A stretch of 64,000 nucleotides of DNA. Origin: Vicinamibacteria bacterium (GTDB lineage: Bacteria > Acidobacteriota > Vicinamibacteria > Fen-336 > JAGNNV01). The position numbers were made by a program, and so were the translations under genes. The stretch's first letter is position 1; each line of letters opens with the position of its first letter. This document shows positions 49,149 to 58,190 of this stretch, piece by piece. The DNA lies in the NCBI GenBank assembly GCA_031412915.1, contig JANODX010000286.1, positions 3,063 through 67,062 of the forward strand, read 5' to 3'. The notes below the pieces were generated by a model. It was not told where the DNA came from. It searched no databases and was given only the letters and a program-made list of their open reading frames with translations.

Positions 49149-50200
49149 CCGCGCCGTTTGCCGGCGTCCTGGGCCACGAATACGCACGCGAGGGCCTCTG
49201 GCGGTCGATGGCCGAGGGACGTCTGCATCACGCTCTTCTGATTCAGGGCCTTTCCGGCGTGGGAAAGAGGACTCTGGCCGAGACCCTGGCGCGAACCCTG
49301 GTCTGCGACAACCCGAATCGCGATCCTTGCGAAGGCTGTTCGCATTGCCGGCGGACGGCTACCCACACCCATCCCGATGTGGTGATCATCGGTCGTGAAA
49401 GCATCCTCGGGATCGACGAGGAACTGGTCGCGCACGGCGACGATCGCGTCGACAAGAAAAAGAAGGAAAGCGAGCGCGTGGGCAGGTCGATCGACGTGGA
49501 GTACATGAGGATCCTGGGGGGCTGGCTCACGCGAAAGCCATGGGAGGCGCGGAGGCGGGTGGCCGTCGTGGTCGATGCCGAGCGGATGAACCTGCAGGCC
49601 GCCAACGCCTTTCTCAAGAGCCTGGAGGAACCGGGCAAGGACGCGGTGGTTCTGCTGACCTCGGCCTCGCCTTCGTTCCTGCGGCCGACCATCCGCTCGC
49701 GCTGCGCTTCGGTTCGCCTGTCGGGCGTTCCTCAGGGTTTGATTGAAGGTCATCTGATCGCCCTGGGGGTGGCCCGCTCGGAGGCCCGTTTTCGAGCCCA
49801 GGCGTCGGGCGGAAGTCTGGCCCGAGCGATGCAGACTCGGCCTCCTCTCGACGACCTGCGCGACCAGCTGCTGCGGCGCTTCGGAGGCGGCCGCGACGCC
49901 GAGGTCGCCGCGTTCGCAGCGTCATCCACGGCGGCGAGCGCGGAAGTCGATCGGGACGCGGCCCTTCACCTCTTCGCGACCCTGCTTAGGGACATCGCCG
50001 TTCTGCAATCCGGCGGGGGCGGAGAGGACCGGCTCATCCATACCGAGGTGAGTTATGCGCTGATTCGTGCGGCCGGGACTTCGATCGATGCGTTCGCCCT
50101 CTTCTCGAGGGTCGTCGAAGCTCGCGAACGCCTTGCCGGCAATGCCAATCGTCTTGCCCTGTGGGACGATCTGCTTCACGACGCCGGCGGCGGGGCCTAG
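49145..50200 (+). CDS. holB: DNA polymerase III delta' subunit
   Basis: HALL..G..GVGK, C..C.HC, HPD, AANAFLKSLEEP, PTIRSRC; follows tmk. Confidence 0.9.
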   Translation: MTAPFAGVLGHEYAREGLWRSMAEGRLHHALLIQGLSGVGKRTLAETLARTLVCDNPNRDPCEGCSHCRRTATHTHPDVVIIGRESILGIDEELVAHGDDRVDKKKKESERVGRSIDVEYMRILGGWLTRKPWEARRRVAVVVDAERMNLQAANAFLKSLEEPGKDAVVLLTSASPSFLRPTIRSRCASVRLSGVPQGLIEGHLIALGVARSEARFRAQASGGSLARAMQTRPPLDDLRDQLLRRFGGGRDAEVAAFAASSTAASAEVDRDAALHLFATLLRDIAVLQSGGGGEDRLIHTEVSYALIRAAGTSIDAFALFSRVVEARERLAGNANRLALWDDLLHDAGGGA

Positions 50201-50256
50201 CCGCCCGTAGTCGCGTCGCGAGCCTTCCGCGCAGACCTGAGGCGGCGACGCCGAGG

Positions 50257-51858
50257 CTACGGAAGATTCGATGGGCGCGCGGCCGCCCACTTCGCGAGGT
50301 CGAGGCGGTGGATCTTGGCGTTGTGCCTTCGGTCCACGGGGAAGCGAGGATGGAAGCGGACATCCGCGATGCCGCTGATCGTGCGCGCCTCGTTTCTGAG
50401 CGCCTCGTTCCTCTCGCCCTCGACCAGCAGGACCGGTTCGGCCCGGCCCTCGGGTCCGATGCCCACAAGGGCGACCCTGGGGAATCGAGCCTGGCCGGAA
50501 AAACGGCACTCGATCCGATCCGTGAAAATCGGTCCGTTCGCGGTGAAGACCGCCTCCGCCTTTCGTCCGCAGAACCAGAGCCGACCCTCGGCATCCAGGT
50601 AGCCGAGATCGCCCATGCGGTGCCAGGTGCCCTCGCCTTCGCCGATCTTCGAGACGGTCGTCGCGTCTTCGCGGTTGTGGTATGCGCGGGTCACGACACC
50701 GCCGCGCACGCAGATCTCGCCCACCTCGCCTGCTCGGACCGACGGTTCGGAGTCGAGCGAGAGAATCGGCCCGTCTCGAACCGGCAGGATTCGTAGTTCA
50801 ATGGTCGAAGCCTTTACACCCACGCATGTACCCGCACCCGCCTCGACGTTCGAACCCACCGCCTCGACCTCGCGCCCCGAGATCGAGGTGACGGGAAGCG
50901 ACTCGGTCGCGCCGTAAGGCGTGTGGACGTCGCCGTCGTCGGGAAGGATCGCGCGCATGGCCCGCACCAGTTTCAGGGGCACCGGAGCTCCCGCCATCAG
51001 GACCCGCTTGAGCCCCGACAGTCGTACATCGTTGGCGGCGCACCACGCAGCCACCCGCGACCAGATAGCAGGGGAGCCGAAAGCGGAGGTCGCCCGGTGC
51101 GCGGTCAGGGCCTCGACGATCTTCTCTGGTCGGCACTCCGCGGGCCTCGCGGGGTCGATGTCGGGAATGACGCTGGTCATCCCGAAGGCTGCGTCGAAGA
51201 GGGAGAAGAGGGGGAAGGCGGCGAGGTCCACTTCTCCCGGCTTGAAGTTGTAGAGGGCTTGAAGGGCGTCGCGCTGGGCGAAGAAGTTCCGGACCGAGTA
51301 TTGAGCGCCCTTCGCGGGGCCGGTGCTGCCGGAGGTGAAGAGGATCGCGGCGAGATCGTCGGGCGCCAGTTCCGCGCGAACCGGCGGCGCGGACGCGCGC
51401 GCGGCCGATGGGTCGAGCGGCCGCAGCGACCGGCCCAGGGCGCCCATGAGTGAGCCTCCCATCACGAACTTCCGCTCGATGGTGGAGAACGCGTGCGGAA
51501 ACAGCAGACGCGCGACGTGAGCCTTTGGGATCCCCACCAGCGTCTTCGCTCGCGCGGTCGCGACGCACTTCAAGAAGGGGCGAAAGCCCATACCCGGATC
51601 GATCATCACGGGCACCGCTCCGAGCCGGAGCAGACCGTAGAAGAGCGTGATCAGAGGAATCCCCGGAGGCACCATGACCAGGACGAGTTCCCCTCGAGTC
51701 ACTCCCTCAGCAGAAAGGCCTCCGGCGTGAGCGGACACTGCCGAGTCGAGCTGCGCATAGGTGATGCGGGTCCACCCGCCGGCCGAGTCGGGGGCGATGA
51801 TGGCATCGCGGTTCGGGGCCTGACGCGCCGAGTCCGCGAGCAGATCGGCGACGTTCAA
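50257..51858 (-). CDS. oleC: OleC-family beta-lactone synthetase (ANL adenylating enzyme)
   Basis: IDPGMG, ILFTSGSTGPAKG, FPLFSLF, TPYGATESLPV, WHRMGDLG, FPVDRRHNAKI; TTG start overlaps the oleB stop. Confidence 0.88.
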   Translation of the reverse strand: MNVADLLADSARQAPNRDAIIAPDSAGGWTRITYAQLDSAVSAHAGGLSAEGVTRGELVLVMVPPGIPLITLFYGLLRLGAVPVMIDPGMGFRPFLKCVATARAKTLVGIPKAHVARLLFPHAFSTIERKFVMGGSLMGALGRSLRPLDPSAARASAPPVRAELAPDDLAAILFTSGSTGPAKGAQYSVRNFFAQRDALQALYNFKPGEVDLAAFPLFSLFDAAFGMTSVIPDIDPARPAECRPEKIVEALTAHRATSAFGSPAIWSRVAAWCAANDVRLSGLKRVLMAGAPVPLKLVRAMRAILPDDGDVHTPYGATESLPVTSISGREVEAVGSNVEAGAGTCVGVKASTIELRILPVRDGPILSLDSEPSVRAGEVGEICVRGGVVTRAYHNREDATTVSKIGEGEGTWHRMGDLGYLDAEGRLWFCGRKAEAVFTANGPIFTDRIECRFSGQARFPRVALVGIGPEGRAEPVLLVEGERNEALRNEARTISGIADVRFHPRFPVDRRHNAKIHRLDLAKWAAARPSNLP

Positions 51859-52718
51859 GACGCGAAGTCGCGAATCCGCGCGACCACGCCGTCGGGCTCG
51901 TCCTCGATCAGGAAGTGTCCCGCGTCCTCGAACTTGTGCACATAGGCGTGGGGGAAACGTTTCTGCCATTCCTCACGGAATCGAGGGGTGAAGCACCAGT
52001 CGCGTTCCCCCCAGAGGATCTGCACCGGTTTCCGGAGGGTCGCGAGGCCGGCGTCGATGTTCGCGAGGGTGGCCCGAGAGCGGTGGGTGGGCTCCATGGG
52101 AATGTCGCGTACGAAGTTCCATATGCCGATCCTCCGTCGCCACGAAGCGTAAGGAGCCAGATAGCCAGCGCGGACATCCGGGTGCAGGGGCACGGAGGTG
52201 GTCATCCTGGTGGCGGCCCTGGCAAAGCCGTTGAGACCGCGGGTCAGGAACTCGCCGAAGAATCCCGCACGACAAATGGCGATGCGCTTCGGGAGCCGGG
52301 GAATGAAGAAGGCCGCGGTGTTCATCACCGTGATTCGGTCGATTCGATCAGGCCTTGCGATGGCCAGTCCCATTCCGATGGCGCCACCCCAATCGTGAAC
52401 CACGAGGGTTATCTTCCTGAGGTCGAGCGCGTCCACGAAAGCCACGGCGTTCTTCACGTGGTCCGCCAGGGTGTAAGAGAAATCGGCAGGCCGATCGGAC
52501 AGACCCATGCCGAGATGATCGAAGGCGACCACGCGGTGGAAGGGTCGGGCCTCCGCGATCAAACGCCGGTAATGGAAAGCCCAGGTGGGGTTTCCATGCA
52601 GGCAGAGGATGGGGTTCGCGGCGGGGGGGCCTTCATCGACGTAATGAATGCGGCCGGCGGTCACCTGAAGACTGCGGCTCTCGAACGGGAAGAGTTCGCG
52701 CCAGGCCGGGGTCGCCAC
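51855..52718 (-). CDS. oleB: OleB-family beta-lactone decarboxylase (haloalkane-dehalogenase-like alpha/beta hydrolase)
   Basis: HYVDEG, HGNPTW, VHDWGG, WG.RDWCF, DAGH...ED; lies between oleA and oleC. Confidence 0.85.
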   Translation of the reverse strand: MATPAWRELFPFESRSLQVTAGRIHYVDEGPPAANPILCLHGNPTWAFHYRRLIAEARPFHRVVAFDHLGMGLSDRPADFSYTLADHVKNAVAFVDALDLRKITLVVHDWGGAIGMGLAIARPDRIDRITVMNTAAFFIPRLPKRIAICRAGFFGEFLTRGLNGFARAATRMTTSVPLHPDVRAGYLAPYASWRRRIGIWNFVRDIPMEPTHRSRATLANIDAGLATLRKPVQILWGERDWCFTPRFREEWQKRFPHAYVHKFEDAGHFLIEDEPDGVVARIRDFAS

Positions 52719-52757
52719 AGGAGGGAAGGAGGGGCGGAGCCTGGCTGACCCTAAGGT

Positions 52758-53777
52758 CTACCAGGTCACGCTCATCATGGTGACGTTGAGCCCCGAGCCG
52801 ATGCCCATCAGCGCGACGTGATCGCCTTCCTTCACCCGGCCCGACTCGGTGGCGAGAGCCAGCGTGAGGGGAACCGCGGCCGGGCCGACATTGCCGTGGG
52901 TGGGATAGGAGAGGACGCACTTGGCGAAGTTGATACCGAGGGCTTCAACCAATGCCTGCATGTGCGAAGCGCCGACCTGATGGCAGATGTAATGACCGAT
53001 GCCCTGTTCCGACCAGCGATTCAGCTGATTTGACGCGACGCCCCAGGTCTTCTGGGCGAGGACGACGCCCGCTTTCAGGAGGCGCGTGGAGTCGGTCACC
53101 ATACGCTCGGCCGTGCCCATGCACAGCCGGGAGTTCGCGGTGTCGGCCAGCGAGACGCAGCCGTTCACCCGATGGGTGGTCTGCGACAGCGAGCCCTTGG
53201 TGAGGACCATGGCCACCGCGGCCGAACCGAGGGTCAGGGTTGCAAACGCCTCCCAGAAATCTCGCAAGGTGGTGGCCGGATCCTGAAGACGGGTGATGGT
53301 CGCCTCCACGACATCGCCAGCGCTTTCGCCGTCGACGAGGAGGGCGTAGTCGGCCACTCCGGACTCGAGCATCCGCCCGGCCACTTCGATGCCGTTCAGG
53401 AAACCGAGGCAGGCGTTGGCGAGATCGAAGTTGCGGCACTCCTGACTCAAACCCAGATCGCCGTGAACCAGGCTCGCCATCGAGGGTTCGAGATAGTCCT
53501 TCGAGACGGACGTGCTGATGAGGATACCGACCTGGCCTGGTGTGATCCCGGCGCGCTGAATCGCGCGCCGCGCGACATCGGTGGCCGCTTGATGCATCGG
53601 ATGGCCGCGATTCCAGAACCGACGCTCGATGATCCCGGTGAGCTGAAGCATCGCGTCCACCGGAATCTTGAACCTTCGAAGGACGGGGTCGAGACGGCGC
53701 ACCAATTGCTCGGTGGAAACCGCCACGGGCGGAAGCTCGTAGGCGATCGATTCGATCGCGAGGTCGTTGAACTTCAC
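52758..53777 (-). CDS. oleA: OleA-family acyl-CoA Claisen condensing enzyme (thiolase/FabH fold)
   Basis: TGIIERRFW, LEPS, NACLGFLNG, ATLTLGS, HQVG, GNVGPA, MGIGSGLN. Confidence 0.88.
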   Translation of the reverse strand: MKFNDLAIESIAYELPPVAVSTEQLVRRLDPVLRRFKIPVDAMLQLTGIIERRFWNRGHPMHQAATDVARRAIQRAGITPGQVGILISTSVSKDYLEPSMASLVHGDLGLSQECRNFDLANACLGFLNGIEVAGRMLESGVADYALLVDGESAGDVVEATITRLQDPATTLRDFWEAFATLTLGSAAVAMVLTKGSLSQTTHRVNGCVSLADTANSRLCMGTAERMVTDSTRLLKAGVVLAQKTWGVASNQLNRWSEQGIGHYICHQVGASHMQALVEALGINFAKCVLSYPTHGNVGPAAVPLTLALATESGRVKEGDHVALMGIGSGLNVTMMSVTW

Positions 53778-53862
53778 AATTGCCAGTAACTTACCGGGGC
53801 GGAGTGGGCCGCGTCAAACTCCCGACTTCTGTTCGCCCTTCGGGAACCTGGCCCGTCGGCTC

Positions 53863-54699
53863 CTATTTCTTGACAGGTTTACGAACGCCGGAGAAGAGCC
53901 CCTCGGCCGTCCAGGCCCGGAACCACTCAGAAAAGTCGTCGGCAGAGGCGCGTCTGGATCCCCGGCGCTTCAGGGCGCGTTGAACTACGAACTCGATGGT
54001 GCGTCCTTCCTTGAGATCTGAAAGGACGAGAAACGCCGCCTGCGAAACCGGGAATCGATAGACCGAGTACTTCCGGCGGACGATGGCCACGAACGACTGC
54101 GACTTGCCAGGTTTCGGGTGCCGGTGGTTTTCATCCCGGACGGTATCGAGATATTCGCCTGCATTCCATGAAAGTTCGACCAGGCGGAGCGAGGGTACGG
54201 TGACAAGCCGGCTTCGACCCAGCTGGGCCGGTGGGATGCCCTCAAACTCTTTGGCCTGAAGCACGCTCGCCTCCCGAGAGTCGAAGGCTTCGGTTATTGC
54301 GAGCTCAAGACGCGCCAGGTTCCCCAGGAAGGCTCGGGGCTTGAGTCTCCCCTGTCGCCCCAGGAACGAGGGAACGTGGTCGCCGAGGCGGTTCAGGGTG
54401 TAGCCCCTCGACGGGTGAGCGTTGGTGTACGCGGTTACGAAATCCCGAAACTTCTCGCCGAGGAAATGCTCAAGGCCCGGGTAGTCGGAGGCCAGTGCGT
54501 CCCGCATGCGCAGGGGGTACATCTCCTGATAGATCGCAATTCTCTGCGCGGCGGTGAGGGTCCTCGAGGGAAGCAGGACGGTTTCGAGACGGCCGGGCTT
54601 CAGATGCGTAGCGGCGGCCGAGGCTCGTAACGCTCTTTCGGTCGTCCCGGGATGGACGACCACCGCCTGCATCCAGCGCTGGAGACTGACGAGTCTCAC
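53863..54699 (-). CDS. DUF2063-like MNIO partner protein (HvfC/BufC-type)
   Basis: LQRWMQAVV, RIAIY...RMRDALASDYP, HPSR.YTLN.LG, LARLE; adjacent to the DUF692 gene. Confidence 0.8.
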   Translation of the reverse strand: MRLVSLQRWMQAVVVHPGTTERALRASAAATHLKPGRLETVLLPSRTLTAAQRIAIYQEMYPLRMRDALASDYPGLEHFLGEKFRDFVTAYTNAHPSRGYTLNRLGDHVPSFLGRQGRLKPRAFLGNLARLELAITEAFDSREASVLQAKEFEGIPPAQLGRSRLVTVPSLRLVELSWNAGEYLDTVRDENHRHPKPGKSQSFVAIVRRKYSVYRFPVSQAAFLVLSDLKEGRTIEFVVQRALKRRGSRRASADDFSEWFRAWTAEGLFSGVRKPVKK

Positions 54700-54700
54700 T

Positions 54701-55591
54701 TCAGGCGGCGCCCACGGACAACCGGGCCGGGCCGGAGGCGGCGGTCCTCGTATGGCGGCGGGCTTTGCCGGCGTTGCGAAAGGCGGCGGCCTTCCGGGCT
54801 TCCTTGAGAACCACGTCGAAGGCCGGGATGTCGTCATCCCATTCGTACAGTGTCGCCACCGGTCCGGTGCGCTCGCAGGAGAGGGCGAACAGCTTCCACA
54901 CCTCGTCGATCGCGTGATCGGAATGGGTGTCGATGATGTGGGTGCCCTTGTTGGTGTGGCCGGCGAGGTGATACTGGACCACGCGATCGGCGGGGATCGC
55001 GTTGATGTACTCAACCGGATCGAAGCGATGGTTGAAGGAACTCACGTAGACGTTGTTTACGTCGAGAAGCAGGCCGCAATTGGCCTCTTCGGCCAGCCGG
55101 GCCAGGAAGACCCACTCCGGCATGCTGGAGTCGGCGAACTCCACATACGACGACGGGTTCTCGAGGATGAGAGGCCGCTCCAGGATTTCGCAGACCTGCT
55201 TCGCGCGCTTGATGGTGTGGGTCAGCGCCTCCTCGGTATAGGGCATGGGAAGCAGGTCATGGGTGTTGCGTCCCAGGACCCCGGTCCAGCAGAGGTGATC
55301 CGAGACCCAATGGGCCCTGGTTCGGTCCGCGAGAGTCTTGAGCTTGCTCAAGTGCTCCCGGTTCAGAGGATCCGTGCTGCCAATCGACATCGAAACACCG
55401 TGGAGCGCCACCGGATAACGCTCCGCCACCTGGTCGAGCACGTGAAGGGGCCGCCCTCCCGTGTCCATGTAGTTTTCGGACAGGACCTCGAACCAGTCGA
55501 TCTTTGGCCACTTCGAGAGAATGTGGGGGTAATGTACGGTCCGCAGGCCGATGCCAATGCCGAGATCCTTGAAGCCGAATCGATTTGCCAC
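54701..55591 (-). CDS. DUF692-family multinuclear non-heme iron oxidative enzyme (MNIO)
   Basis: GIGLR..HY, FEVLSENY, HGVSMSIG, SDHLCW, DLLP, LENPSSY, LLDVNNVYV, HLAGH, IDTH, EWDDDIP. Confidence 0.95.
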   Translation of the reverse strand: MANRFGFKDLGIGIGLRTVHYPHILSKWPKIDWFEVLSENYMDTGGRPLHVLDQVAERYPVALHGVSMSIGSTDPLNREHLSKLKTLADRTRAHWVSDHLCWTGVLGRNTHDLLPMPYTEEALTHTIKRAKQVCEILERPLILENPSSYVEFADSSMPEWVFLARLAEEANCGLLLDVNNVYVSSFNHRFDPVEYINAIPADRVVQYHLAGHTNKGTHIIDTHSDHAIDEVWKLFALSCERTGPVATLYEWDDDIPAFDVVLKEARKAAAFRNAGKARRHTRTAASGPARLSVGAA

Positions 55592-55614
55592 GGTGATCGT
55601 TCCCTAGTCTAGGT

Positions 55615-55649
55615 CAACAAAAAGGCCGCGGGACAGGAGCCCCGCGGCC
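55615..55649 (-). terminator. Intrinsic terminator between the precursor and the DUF692 gene
   Basis: Minus strand reads GGCCGCGGG-loop-CCCGCGGCC followed by TTTTTGTTG. Confidence 0.75.
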
Positions 55650-55686
55650 ACGGTTACGAGCGGTCTTTGGAAAGATGCCGCGCTGA

Positions 55687-56064
55687 CTACTTTGCTTTTG
55701 CGGGAGCCTCGGCCTTCACCGGAACGGCGCAGCCACCCTTGCCCTTGCAGCTATTCTTGGCAGCGCAACTGGCGTCGCCAGTTTTGCAGCCGCCCTGGCC
55801 CTTGCACTCGTTCTTGCCCTTGCAGTCATGCTTGGCCGAGGTCGCACAGCCGCCTTTGCCCTTGCAGGAGTTCTTGCCCGCGCAACCGGCATCGCCGGTT
55901 TTGCAGCCGCCCTGGCCCTTGCACTCGTTCTTGCTCTTGCAGACGTGCTTGGCCGCGGGCGCCTTCTCGGCGGGCTTCGGGGCCTGAGCCGCGAAGACCT
56001 TGGTTCCAGCAACAACGCCAGCGGCGATTCCCGCGATGGCTTTCGTAAAATCACGACGCTTCAT
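55687..56064 (-). CDS. Cys-rich bufferin-like RiPP precursor with twin-arginine signal
   Basis: MKRRDFTK signal; four C-x3-N-x-C-K-G-x-G-G-C modules (12 Cys) in two 39-aa repeats; GGAG RBS; directly upstream of DUF692. Confidence 0.88.
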   Translation of the reverse strand: MKRRDFTKAIAGIAAGVVAGTKVFAAQAPKPAEKAPAAKHVCKSKNECKGQGGCKTGDAGCAGKNSCKGKGGCATSAKHDCKGKNECKGQGGCKTGDASCAAKNSCKGKGGCAVPVKAEAPAKAK

Positions 56065-56451
56065 TTATTTGAGACTCCATTTAGCCGCACCCGCTTCGAA
56101 GCGATTCCCCAACATCGCCGGGCACGGCGTGAGAACGGGGACCATGGTTTGTTGCCCCTAAAGCCGACACTCGGCCCAAGGGCAGGTATCTGGTAAGTCT
56201 ACGACCGGTCATCGTGTTTTAGATGCAGCGGCTCCAGAAAAGTCTCAACCGCCGTTCCAAGCACCTTCACCACGGGCCGCCGGACCTCTCCCCTTCGCAG
56301 GATCGTGCGCAAGGGGGTCCTCACTCCACCCGAGCGGGGCGTCAGGGGGAAGCGGAAAGTCCATGCCTTTCATGCTAGGTTTCGCCCTGCTTCAGAAGGG
56401 GCCGACGGGAGCCTGCGTGTTCGACCCGTCAAATCGTAAGGCGCCGTCACC

Positions 56452-57198
56452 ATGCCTCCTCTCACCACGGACGCTCTGGTCCTGCGGACGTTCCCGCTGG
56501 GGGAAATGAGCGTTGTCGCGGTGCTTCTCACCCGGAGCAGGGGGAAGGTGAGGGCGGTGGCGAAGGGCGCGCGCGGTCCGGGCGACCGGTACCAGTCCTC
56601 TCTCCAGCCCCTTTCAGAAGTTCGCACCACGTTGTACGGTAGTGAAGGGGCGGAACTGTTCCGGCTCGGCGCGGTCGAGCTTCTCCGTTCCTCGGAACCT
56701 CCAAACAGCAACCTCGAAAGTCTTCTCGCCTTGGAATACTGCGCCGAACTGTTCGAAGCCTTCCTGCCGCCCGAGGCCCGGGACGACGACACCTATCGTC
56801 TGGGCCGGTCGTGTGTCACGGCCCTGAGGCAACGCGGGTCGGTGGGGACCGCGGTCATGCGCTATGCCGAGGCCTGGACGTTGAAGCTGCACGGGCTCTA
56901 TCCCTCCCTGGCGCGTTGCCTGGCCTGCCAGAAGCCCGTCACGGGCGGTCTGTGTTTTGACCGGGAGGCCGGCCGGGTGGTTTGTTCGAATTGCGGAACG
57001 AAGCGAACGGAGGTGCTGGACGCCGACTCCCGTGCGTTGCTGCGATCCGCTCTGCGCCTTTCGCCCGCGAATTTCTCCGAGCGCACCGAGGGGATCGACC
57101 TTTCGGCCATCGCCAGGTTTCATCGGGAATTGATCGAGGGTCATCTCGGGCGCGCCCTCAATTCGTCCCGCGTTATCGAGAGCGTGCTCCGTTCATGA
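56452..57198 (+). CDS. recO: DNA repair protein RecO
   Basis: [25 protein letters not shown]...C..C zinc motif; precedes glyQS. Confidence 0.9.
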   Translation: MPPLTTDALVLRTFPLGEMSVVAVLLTRSRGKVRAVAKGARGPGDRYQSSLQPLSEVRTTLYGSEGAELFRLGAVELLRSSEPPNSNLESLLALEYCAELFEAFLPPEARDDDTYRLGRSCVTALRQRGSVGTAVMRYAEAWTLKLHGLYPSLARCLACQKPVTGGLCFDREAGRVVCSNCGTKRTEVLDADSRALLRSALRLSPANFSERTEGIDLSAIARFHRELIEGHLGRALNSSRVIESVLRS

Positions 57199-58091
57199 GC
57201 TTGAGTCTTTCCGGCATCATCGCCACGTTGAACGGGTTCTGGGAGAGGCAGGGCTGCCTCATCCAGCTGGGGGTCGACACCGAGGTGGGGGCGGGGACCA
57301 TGCATCCCGAGACGTTCCTTCGCGTCCTCGGTCCCGACCCATGGCGGGTCGGCTACGTGCAGCCGTCGCGCCGGCCCACCGACGGTCGCTACGGCGATAA
57401 TCCGAATCGCCTCTACAAGCACCACCAGTATCAGGTGATCCTCAAGCCCGCCCCCGCACAGGTCCAGGATCTCTACCTCGATTCTCTGCGCGCGCTCGGC
57501 ATCGAACCGGCCGATCACGACGTGCGTTTCGAAGAGGACAACTGGGAATCGCCGGCCCTGGGGGCCTGGGGTATCGGCTGGCAGGTCCTCCTCGACGGTC
57601 AGGAGATCACGCAGTTCACGTACTTCCAGCAGGCGGGCGGGATCAATCTGTCCCCGATCTCCGCCGAGATCACGTACGGCCTCGAACGCATCGCCATGTA
57701 CCTTCAGGACAAGGCGGATGTGTTCGATGTCGAATGGACGGCGGGCGTTCCGTATCGGACGGTGCGCCACGAAGAAGAGTTCGAACTGTCGCGTTACAGC
57801 TTTGAACTCGCGGACGTCGAACTCCACATGAAGCTCTTCGAGGGTGCTTTGGGCGAGGCCAGGCGTCTTCTGGACAGCGCGGGTCCGCGGGTAGCCCTCG
57901 CCGCGTACGACTGGGTCCTGCGCGCGTCGCACGCCTTCAACGTGCTGGATGCGCGCGGCGGTATCTCGGTCACCCAACGGGCTTCGATGCTGCTGCAGAT
58001 TCGAAAGCTGGCCTGTGGGGTGGCGGCCGCTCACGTGGAAGACCGATGGCCGCCGGCCGCGAAGGGCAGCGGGCCAGAGGCAAGATCATGA
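57195..58091 (+). CDS. glyQ: Glycine-tRNA ligase alpha subunit
   Basis: [50 protein letters not shown]. Confidence 0.97.
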   Translation: MSLSLSGIIATLNGFWERQGCLIQLGVDTEVGAGTMHPETFLRVLGPDPWRVGYVQPSRRPTDGRYGDNPNRLYKHHQYQVILKPAPAQVQDLYLDSLRALGIEPADHDVRFEEDNWESPALGAWGIGWQVLLDGQEITQFTYFQQAGGINLSPISAEITYGLERIAMYLQDKADVFDVEWTAGVPYRTVRHEEEFELSRYSFELADVELHMKLFEGALGEARRLLDSAGPRVALAAYDWVLRASHAFNVLDARGGISVTQRASMLLQIRKLACGVAAAHVEDRWPPAAKGSGPEARS

Positions 58092-58190
58092 CGGCCCGTA
58101 CTGATCTTGGCATCTTTGGTGGGGCCCGCGGATCCAGGGACCACGGGGGCTCGCCGCGGCGGCGACGCCCGACCTCCGCCGGAGGCAGTC

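Noticed and set aside
51855-52718. Haloalkane dehalogenase
   Set aside because: It shares the HGNPTW/HDWG motifs, but its position between oleA and oleC favours OleB.
56345-56372. GGAAAGTCCATGC resembling the RNase P RNA 5' conserved element
   Set aside because: Only about 80 bp remain before recO and the matching 3' element is not visible.
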